Origin: Camelus ferus
Taxonomy: Eukaryota
NCBI RefSeq assembly: GCF_009834535.1
Contig: NC_045707.1
Span: forward strand, 56,732,001-56,796,000
Length of the DNA: 64,000 nt
Direction: 5' to 3'
The notes below the pieces were generated by a model, which was not told the DNA's origin, did no database searches, and worked only from the letters and a program-made list of their open reading frames with translations. Shown here one piece after another: positions 54,340 to 64,000 of the stretch. Position 1 is the first letter of the stretch; the number at the start of each line of letters is the position of its first letter. A program made the translations under genes and the position numbers.

Positions 54340-55210
54340 AACAGCAATGGAGCCAGTGTGTCTGGGTGGCATGAGAGCGAGAGATAATGGCAAAAGACAA
54401 GATCAGTGAGATGGCTGAAGCCAGATCATCACAAGGCGTTGTATGGCATAGTAACAAGCTTGTCTTTTATTCTAAGATTAATGGGAAACTGTTGAGGGGT
54501 TTGGATCATGGGAGTAATCTGACCTAATCTGCATTTTAAATGGAGAGTTCTGACTGCTATGTGAAGGGTATATGGGGATAGGGAGACAAAAACAGATGCA
54601 GGGACAGTAATCAAGAAGATAATTTTTTACCCCAAGGGAGAATATTGTTAATATGGCCCAAGGGATTAGGATGGTAGAAATGTAAGTGATAAGAAATAGT
54701 ACAATTCAAGCCATATTTTAAAGATAGAATTGGCAGGATTTGCTGATGGATTTGAACTTGAGAAACTGGGTAAATGGGGATGTCAAGATAGACAGTACTA
54801 AGATGGAAATTTGGAGGAGGGCTTGAGGTGGTACTCAAGTTTGATTTTGCATTATTAAGACTTAGGTGGCTGTAATACATCCAAGTGGAGGTGTGAGTAG
54901 GCAGTGTGAATCTCAGAAGATAAGAGGAATTCAGAATTCATTACCATACATGGTGTTTAAAGCCATGGTATTACATAAAATCATATAGAAGGTGAAACTC
55001 AATGAAAACTAAGGGAAGAAGTGTTTTAGGAAGGATGGAGTGGTTAACTGCGTCGAATGTGCCTTAGAATAGAGGTCAATAAAAGTGATGATGGAACATT
55101 GACAATTGATTCAGCCAATTAGACGTCATTGGCAACCTTTTTAAGAGAGAGAGCAATGATAGAGTGAGGACGAAAGCCTGGATCAAGAGGGAATAGAACA
55201 CAAAGGACAT
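54340..55210 (-). mobile_element. L2 LINE fragment
   Basis: ttttattctaagattaatgggaaactgttgagggg; tttaaagatagaattggcaggatttgctgatggattt. Confidence 0.8.
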
Positions 55211-56607
55211 TAGGGGGGAATTTTTCCATAAAAGGGATGAGAGAAATGCTTAATTTTGATATTTTTAATATATGAATTTTGTAAACTTCTCTACAAATAA
55301 AAAATATCCCACCATATGTTTTTAAAGAAACGAGTTTTAAATACAATCATTTAATTTAAATGGTTGATATTTTACTCTTTTATATTAATTTCCCTGTAGT
55401 AATATATTTTTGATTGATTGTTTAGCACATGAAAATGCTCTCTATATTGAAATATAATCACTTTCCTCCAAAAAATTTCCAAAATAGTCCCAAATTATAA
55501 ATATGCATAAATCAAATTTTAAAATACTCATAGCTGGTAATAATATTGTAATGCATTAAGTATTTTCATATTATATAAAGTGACTTTTTTAAAGAGTAAT
55601 ACTTGAAAACTTGATGTTAACTGTAAATGCAACTATTAGTTTTAAGATGTCCTGGGTCTTACAGCAAGTGCAATGTTAGGTTCCACTGACTTTTAGAATT
55701 TTATGTCCTTCATTTTTAGTATATTTGATACCCAAACTGTCTTAACATCTTTTCCTTGACCATAACTGGCTGATTCTACTCTTTAAGGACAAAAATAAGG
55801 ATCCAGCGATAGCGCTGAGTGAAACCTCAAATCCCAATGCCCTCTTTTTTCCCACCTCCACACAGAGGAAGTAGAACTTACAACATCTGAACTTAATGTC
55901 TTACACGGAAAACCACATGATTAATCCCTATAGCTCCATCATTCAAATTGTCTGTCAAATGAAAAATAGGTCAACTTTTAGAGCATGGAGAGGGGGTGTA
56001 GTTGGGCAGCAAACAGCATCAGTGCAGCACAATGTGGAGTTCATTTTATACCAGAGCTGAGTTGATACTGATACCCATGCTCCAGGTTGCCCTCATATCT
56101 CACTCTGCTTAGAGCTCTGGCACTGATTGCTTCTCTCCATCTGTGATTCTACATTCCCAAGTCTTAAGTCTTCTGATTCACAGGTCAGCCTTGGATTACC
56201 AGGTTTCCATCTCAGGTGCAGTGTTCCCCCATATTAAAAGAGATTGATGCTACACAGCTTGTGTCAAGGACTGGCTAATAATCCTATTCAGATATTTGAC
56301 ACCTTGGAGAAGGAAATGAAACTTTCATTACCTGAATTTCCTTTTTAAGAAATGAAGTTGATTACATAATTAATAGATTCCAGTTTATTTGGTTCTATGT
56401 AGGTAATATCCGCCCATATAAAAGAGGCCGTGTAATGCTGATATTAAGCAGCAAGTCTTCCCTGAGCAGCAGCGTGTGGGCAGGTGCCAGATTGGCTTGT
56501 CACAAGTCCGTAGATTTGATTAGGAAGGAGACATTAAGTCCAAGTGGATTTAAAGAGTATATTACATGTACAGCATAAACAGAGTCACATGGTGTCAGCT
56601 CTTCTAG

Positions 56608-56868
56608 AAGGGCCAGGGCTAGGGTGAGACAAGTAAGGTGCTTAGGACACAAAGTTTAAGGAGTCGTTCAAGTTCAGGATTGTATGAATGCCAGCCTTGT
56701 TTTTGCAGGTGTCTAAGAATAAGATGCCTAAGGTATAAAATTTAAGGAGGCACTCACTCTTAGGATCATGTGAGGGCAGGATCAGTACTTGTATGACCCT
56801 CAGAATGAGTGCCTCCTTAAGTTTTACACCCTAGTCACATTGCTTCTCTAAGTCTAGTCCTGGCCCTG
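56608..56868. mobile_element. MER96/MER96B-like hAT-Tip100 MITE
   Basis: Terminal inverted repeats agggccagggctag / ctagtcctggccct; internal aaatttaaggaggcac motif and palindromic interior. Confidence 0.7.
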
Positions 56869-57252
56869 GTCCCTAGTCCCACAGGACAACACTGAATTGG
56901 ATGAGCCAGATGACAGACAATAAGAGTGGTGGGCTGCTCTGTTGGGGAGGAGCTCATTCCATACCATCTTAACAGTTTTATATCCTGCTGGTGGATCTGA
57001 AGTGGGGAGAGAGAAGTGTAAAGTTTTATGCCTCGTTGGTGCAAGGGAGAATGAGAAAACAGCTATGTGGAAGCTCTTCATAAGACTTGCCTACCTTGTC
57101 ATGTTCCTAGGAGGCTGACAAAACATTCCACCAAGACCTGAGCCAGCCTTCAGTTTAGCTATGCCTACATGGCCATGTGGATATGTGCAAGGTCACCAGG
57201 ATGCCAGGGTGTAGCTGCTCCTCTACAACTGGTATTAAAAACATAGCTTTGC

Positions 57253-57308
<56 letters not shown>
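57253..57308. repeat. (AGAT)14 tetranucleotide microsatellite
   Basis: Perfect run counted from the sequence. Confidence 0.97.
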
Positions 57309-57309
<1 letters not shown>

Positions 57310-57319
57310 TTGTGCCCCC

Positions 57320-57495
57320 CCTACTTAATAGCTATATGATATTGGGTAAGTTATGTAGACCTTTTAACCTGTTAAGTGAGAAAAGAAATAGCTACTTTAT
57401 AAGGTTGTTATAACTACCTTATAAAACTGTCTATAATGTATATAAAGTATTTAAAGAGTGCCTACGTGTAGTAAATGTTCAGTAAGTAGTAATTA
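57320..57495 (+). mobile_element. MIR SINE
   Basis: tacttaatagctatatgatattgggtaagtta...agtgcctacgtgtagtaaatgttcagtaa. Confidence 0.65.
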
Positions 57496-59674
57496 TTGTA
57501 TTAGCTTTTAAATCTAAATGAACATGTTGTATAACATACTTTTTAAAAATTCCATAACCTAGTAAAACATCAGATTTTATTTTAGATGTTTTAATCAAAT
57601 AAATGATACTATTACAATACTAAGTTTAAAAACTGTATAGGATATCCATGTTTTTACTTTTTAGTGTCTCCCTTTTTGTTACCTATATAAAAAGACATTT
57701 AAATAACAAGGTAGAAACACTTGTCAAAGATTTCAGTTATATTTCATAGATAAAATATTCAACAATCTTCAAAAAGATTGACTCACTTTTAACAATTTTC
57801 AGAGTTTCTGAAGGGATTTATTTCACCTATTAATTTTACAGCATAAATGAATTCATGCTCATTCACATCTGAAAATTTCTTTTTTGCATCAAGTGATAGA
57901 TAAGCGGTGTTTAACTTGGCATCTGTCCAAGTAGGACACACTCTCTCAACTTACATTCAAAATAGAACATAAACTCAAAAAATTGTTTTTAATTAAAAGA
58001 ATAAACAGAATAAAATAATACATCTGTATTCTCTTTAGAGCCCAGTTCATAATTTCTTTAATTCAACATGTTAAAAACCATAAATACCAATGCCTTTTCC
58101 ATTCATCTTCTGAATTCTATTGTTCCTTTATTCTTCTCAAGACCATGACTATCATGAAAAGCTTAAACTTTTAAAATCTGAGCTTTGGCCCAACTTTTCT
58201 GTGATGGCAAGAAATCGTCATGGTAGAATTTTAATAAGATGACAAAATGCATCAACCAAACTGCTAAGTTTTTCCCTCTGAATTTTCTCTATAATCTCTG
58301 ATAATATCATGAGTTTCTATTGTTAATAGAATTTCTATGCCTTTGTATGAAGAACAAAATGTATTAACTCAAAATGTACTAAACACCTTTTCTTTCCATT
58401 TAAAATGTACTTGGAAGAAAACTTTCATATAAATAGGATTTTTGTCTCAGTCATAACAGGAGTGTTATCAAATAGTGCAAAGGGCTGTGTGTTTTATTTT
58501 CTGTGCATCTAATACTTTAGCCATGTTATTACCAAATCTTGTCAGTTCATTCCATGAAATTCTAAAATAAATTTTTAAATTGTATTTTATCTTTGGATTC
58601 AAAAGTAATACTAATTTTTTGCCAATTTACAAATACGTTTCAGGCTTAATTTTATTATATATGGACATAACTTATTTAGATTACTTAATAGAAATGTTAA
58701 AGAACATGTAAGATCAAATGATTTAGGTGGGTTGATTGTTTATGGTATGCATGGTGTTGGAATAAAAAATTTCAACAGGATGGGAGGGAGGGCCTTTCAA
58801 AAACAGACTTAGAGACATGTTAATTAGGATTTTTGAATGTTTGAGAGCCAGAAACTTCAAGTTGGAGGCAGGAAGAACATCTAGTTTCAAACATTGCTCA
58901 AATGATAGTGTCAAGGACTTAAGACTACCATTATATCTTCTAGAATCTATATTGCCTTAATTCTCTGGCAGGCTCATAAAACATTTGAAGCAATTTTTAT
59001 GTTTCTTTTGGAGCTAGAATTGGGGGGAGGGAGGAAGTTCCTCAAAGGGATGCTGGATAGGGAAAATATTATATACAGTATATCCATTATGGAAAAGACA
59101 ACTTAATTTTCTTGGCAAGCATTCCATGTGATTGTCTTATTAATTATGGTCCTTAATAAATGCATGTATCATCACCCATTGAGTACCTGTTCAAAGTCAG
59201 CTTCTTCAGGTGGACACTTTCACTACACTATCCCTTTCTTTTTCACTGCCCTACCTTTACTGTCCTTCATATGCTCATTTCAGCCCCACATTTATCGTTA
59301 AGATTCCCCATTTTGAGATACCAGAGAATAACGATGTAATTAAGTCCCAACTGAATCAGTGCATGAGTCTTCTTAATGATATCCAGGTGTTGGCTGATTC
59401 TCTGATCATAGATATTTAAATTTCTTTTCCTTCTATCTTTGCTCAATCATCTTTCTTTCATCGTTGATTTCTTGCTGCAACTGTATTTTCCCAGGTTCCT
59501 CAACTCTATTCTTTCAGCTAGATGCAAACAGATAAGTGACCAGGGTCACAAGAAAGAAACTTTTTAGCAAAAAAAGTGTAACTTCTCAATGTAGCCTCAA
59601 ACTGTTATTCAGCTACCTATGAGCAGTTTTTGTTTTTGCTTTTGTTTTGATCTGGGGAGAGTGGGGATGTTTTA

Positions 59675-59845
59675 AAAATTAAAACAATTGCCAACATTAA
59701 AAATCTGGAATTCTAGCTTCTTTTGAAAAAGTCATATGATTAGTAACCCTGAAATCAAAACCCTACAACTGATAAGGCTGAGTTGTAGTTTTCCCTATAA
59801 ACAGGCACTTTGCTCTCCAGTTTGTCACAGCATCACCCATTTCTC
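59675..59845 (+). mobile_element. MER102-like hAT-Charlie fragment
   Basis: aaaaatctggaattctagcttcttttgaaaaagtc...ggctgagttgtag...gctctccagtttgtcacagc. Confidence 0.6.
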
Positions 59846-60459
59846 CATTTATGATACTTTTGTCTTCTCCATTTATGATACCTTTGTCTATTATAGTCAT
59901 TACTCAGGATAATCTACTGTGGTTGCTGACTCAAGACTAGAAATCAATCCTTGTAAAAGAATAGCTAATCTACCCATATCTGTTTTATGTTTTTATCTTC
60001 CATGTATAGTAATAGAATTGCTATAGATAATTAGAATTTTTTGTAGGTTAAACATTTTCCATGGGTTTAATATTTTTGCAAATAATATGTTAAATTGCAG
60101 TTTTGTTATTTTTTTTTTTCCTGTTCTGCCCTCACTTCAGCTCCTTAGAGAACGAAACATCTGCTTTCCCACATAGAGCCATTTTCTTTGTATATTTCAA
60201 GAATAATTAGTGTGTGTTTTTAAAATTTATACATTGTACAGAGTTGGAGAAACTATCTAGATTTTTTTATGCAGCTATTTGTATAGCATTATAGTGTGCA
60301 AAATTGTCTCAAAACAAAACAAAATGAAACAGAGCAAAACAAAACAAATGTAGCTGAGTGCCCTAACTTTGAAGCTAAAGAAAATAAAACACTGTGGGAC
60401 TGGGAAATTCTCCATGCTGTTGAGTAGCATTTTACAATCAACACCTCTCCCCTTTTCAG

Positions 60460-60513
60460 GATATCGAATCCCTAACAGGAGGGCTGACTGGTTCTAAGGG
60501 GGCTGATCCACCG
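60460..60513 (+). CDS. probable 54-nt internal coding exon (phase 0-0) of an unidentified large gene; DIESLTGGLTGSKGADPP
   Basis: Acceptor cctctccccttttcag, donor CCG|gtaagt, length divisible by 3, one open frame while the other two contain TAA, GC-richer than flanks with 2 CpGs, not repeat-like. Confidence 0.65.
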
Positions 60514-63500
60514 GTAAGTTAGATTCTTCATTAAATTTAACTATTGATGAGTTAAATTATGTGCATACCAGATCATTAGACAGTTACTTGTATACAATTT
60601 GTCATACAGGTAACTTTTGGAAATAGTTTCTTTCAAAACTTTGTAGCTATTGCAGTAACTAATACAAAAATGTGAACTTGCTTTAAGCTGTCATTTGATG
60701 TTTTAAAAAGTTTTAATAAGTCATAAAATTCATTTCCATATATTGACTCTAACAATAAAAATAAAAGCTTCATTAGAGTATGTACGTACCTTATGTCCTA
60801 CTGATGTACTACACCAAAAGTTAAAACCTTTTGGAACTTGAGAGTTTAACACTTTAAGTATGTGTAAGATTTTGGTTGGAATATATTTTCTAGTTACTGA
60901 CAAAAATTATTTTATCAGCCCATTTTTTCACAGTATTGATTCTTGGTATTGCTGTTTCTTCCATGCTTTACCCAGGAAACATCTAGAAAATTAGAGAAAA
61001 TGCTCTAAAATTTTAAAAGATTATCATTTTTAAGCTATAACAAGATTGATGGTCTAGTGTTGGCATCTTTGTCCTTTTCGTGATGTCTGATTTCAAAAAA
61101 CATTGAATAAATTAAGATTCCTGCGATTTCATGCTTGAGGCTCAAACATGAGTTCATGGTGTATATTAAAGTAATAAGATTCAATTTATTTCAACAAATA
61201 GTCAATGCATAAAATTTTGTCACTGTTTGCTTTGTACTTAGCGCTGTGAGGTTTAGTGTGGAACACGCAGAACCCTGTGTTATCAATTTTTTAGCTATAC
61301 TTCATCCGGGTATCGAGGTGAAGTACATACTTAGATTAAAATATTGGTGAGATGTTAAAAAGATAACCTTCAATTGTAGCTCTTTCTCTCCTGTCTCATT
61401 CTCGTGTGTCTCATGATTCTGTTTAGTCTTCATCAAATTGCTCCTAAACTAGGTGAAACAACACATTTTAGTCCTTTCCCTTCCCTTTATTTTCATTGTC
61501 TGAATTTATGCAGGAAAAAAAATGTGTTGTCCTCAGATAGCCGCTTTTATTTAGTCCCAGAACCTATTACATTGCAACATAAGACAAGATGAAATGTCAG
61601 TCAGTCCAGCAAGTATACTGTGACAGGATTTATGACCAGCTTATATGTAGGGTGGTGTAGGTGACTGCTTTTGTGATGTCATTTCACCCTGCTGCCTTGC
61701 ACTGTGTTTGTGCATAGCATTCAGCTTTTATTAGAAGAATAAAACTGTTTCCTTCAAAATACCTCCCTCACTATTTACTAATTCCTGAAAAAATTCTACA
61801 GTCAGAGATGTTTGTTTTAAGAGGATTTGTCCCTTGTTCAAAACAAAACACCTCTCTTCTGCAAGTGGACATAAAACTCTTGCCCATTGTTTACCTGTTA
61901 AAATAAATTAACAATAAAGGATATGGTAGTGTTTATCATATCCTTTCAAGAAGGCATGTTTCTAAACATGGAAGATTAAGTCAGCATAAAGCCTAGTTAT
62001 TGAAAGAAACCCCTTGCAGGGGTAAAAGGTCACTGAAAGGATAGAGGTTGTCCTGAAGGCAATCTTAGTCAACTTCATTCCCAAGACCTATAAGTGTGTT
62101 TATGTGTCTGTATTTTTATACTACATATATGTGGTTTTTTTCTTTAGATATAATTTCTAATGTTGTGAAGATAAAATTTCTGTTTTGGCCATCCCCTACC
62201 ATGATGATGGGTATTTTATACTGCTGTCTACATTTTCCTGTTTCAGTGGTTGTGCATTTGTTTTATAACTTTTTGTAAAGTGAAAGACATCATGCAAATG
62301 TCAGAGTACATAAGAGCTTAGAAAATCTGGGGTGTTAACAGGACACATGTATTTAGTGTCTCCCATTGTTAAAGAGCTATCAACAGCATATTACTGAGAG
62401 CTATGTAATAAAACCACTGTTTAGCCCCCCATAAAGCTTATAAGGTAGTCACAGTATGAAGGTGAAATGGTAGTAGTATCTGGAGTTGCTTCAGTCACTT
62501 AAGAATAAGACTGAATGAAGCTTTTATTTTTGCCCCCAAATTAGAAAACTGAAAGTCAGAGTAAATTATGTATAACTTAAGTCCATTTGAGGTTTCATAT
62601 TATTTTTCCTTTCTTTGAAAAAGATATTTATAATAGATTATCTAAATACAGTTATTCATTATCCATTTCTAAAGTTATATATTTTATATAAATGTTTATA
62701 ATTACTAAACCCATTCTGTGATGAAATTTTCATTGGTAGGATATTCAAGGTCCTATAATTTTCACTCATTGAACAGAATCTATAAAGTGTTGAGTGAATG
62801 GTCTCTCACAAGGAGGTATAGCTATGGAGTAATTTCTTTACCCATATAATAGAAATATCACATATATCTTTAAATATAAATGGTATATTTAAAACTTGAA
62901 ATTTTTTCTGTGGACAGATATAAATATTTCTGAAGCATTAAAAAAAGTGAATTTTACATTTTTTTTAAATAGCAAGCATGTATAAAAAGTTGTGTCAAAT
63001 TTGCAAATGTCATTATAAATTTGCAAATTTGCATGTCTGGTAATAAATTTGAACTCATGAATATAGTCTGCATTAATATTTTTAACAATAAATGTTAAGT
63101 AGGTTTTTTGAAAATTTAGGTAGTCTCAGTTTTAATGCTAATAATGAAAGAGAGAATCACTCATTAATTATATTCAGGGGCCATTCAAGAAGTTTTATAA
63201 TCGCTTTCTTCTGAAAAGAATTTCAGACACTATGTTTTTAAATTCATAAACTGGAAATCAGTCACTGCTGTAAATAGAACTTACAGGTTTTTCTAAATCA
63301 CATAGTTATCTTAGAAAATAAACTCTTCTATCATTGAGAAAAATATTGCCTGTTATGTTAACTTAAAATCATCTTTGAAAAATTATATGAAAGATATTCT
63401 ACATTCTGCATTTATTTTTCATTCACAAAAACTGGATCACAGATTAAGCTCCAGTCTAAAAACATAGCATATATTTACATATAAAATAAAGGGAAAGAAA

Positions 63501-64000
63501 GATAATTAAACTCTAAAGGGTAAAATATAATTATTAAGTTAAATAGTGCTTTTTAATACACCATTTTGTCATAGTGTATTAACTTTAAAATATTAACATT
63601 ATTAAAATATCAAAACCTTGTGAAATGTAAGATATCAGGGGTGTCCCAGGTTATCACATTGTCAGGCCATCAGGCCAGCCTTAGGAAGACCAAGGTAAGG
63701 TCTAAGTAACTCAGCTTCTGATGGCCAAGCAGATTTTGGATACTGAAAAACAGGTATAAAACATGAAAAGTTATACTGCTATACCAGCTAAACTGGTATC
63801 TAGAGAGCTGTGGATATGCAGGTCTGTGCAGAACCAGAAGTGTGATAGATCATGTCCTGTCTTGAGCCCATGAGCCAGTGTCATAGAGGTGTTGGCCAAC
63901 CCTTGGCCTGGAGCCAGGATTTGTCTCAGACTGTTAGCTAGGTCTAAGTCTGCTGGCGGGATTTAGTAGCATAGCTTGGCCACAAAAGTTAAGTTTAGTG

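Overview
AT-rich mammalian genomic DNA, most likely from a camelid: it carries a tRNA-Ala-derived SINE of the camelid Vic-1 type and an artiodactyl-type Tigger1 deletion derivative. The window looks like part of a very large intron or a gene-poor region, dominated by decayed L1, L2, MIR, MaLR/ERV LTR and hAT/Tigger elements and microsatellites. Only one convincing coding-exon candidate was seen (+ strand, 54 nt, 60460-60513, DIESLTGGLTGSKGADPP); I do not recognise the gene. None of the other ORF-track calls is credible as a gene. Three structures stand out. (1) A ~99% identical 209-bp inverted copy of nearby sequence is inserted into an old L1 3' end with a duplicated target motif, which looks like a templated insertion. 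(2) A truncated ERV1-type provirus (LTR, degenerate tRNA-Leu PBS, leader) has kept unusually many CpGs and has a splice donor. (3) Several minus-strand exon-like segments might form an antisense transcript. Repeat family names come from recalled consensus resemblance, not a database search, and old-repeat boundaries are approximate. I found no strong evidence for a new biological system.
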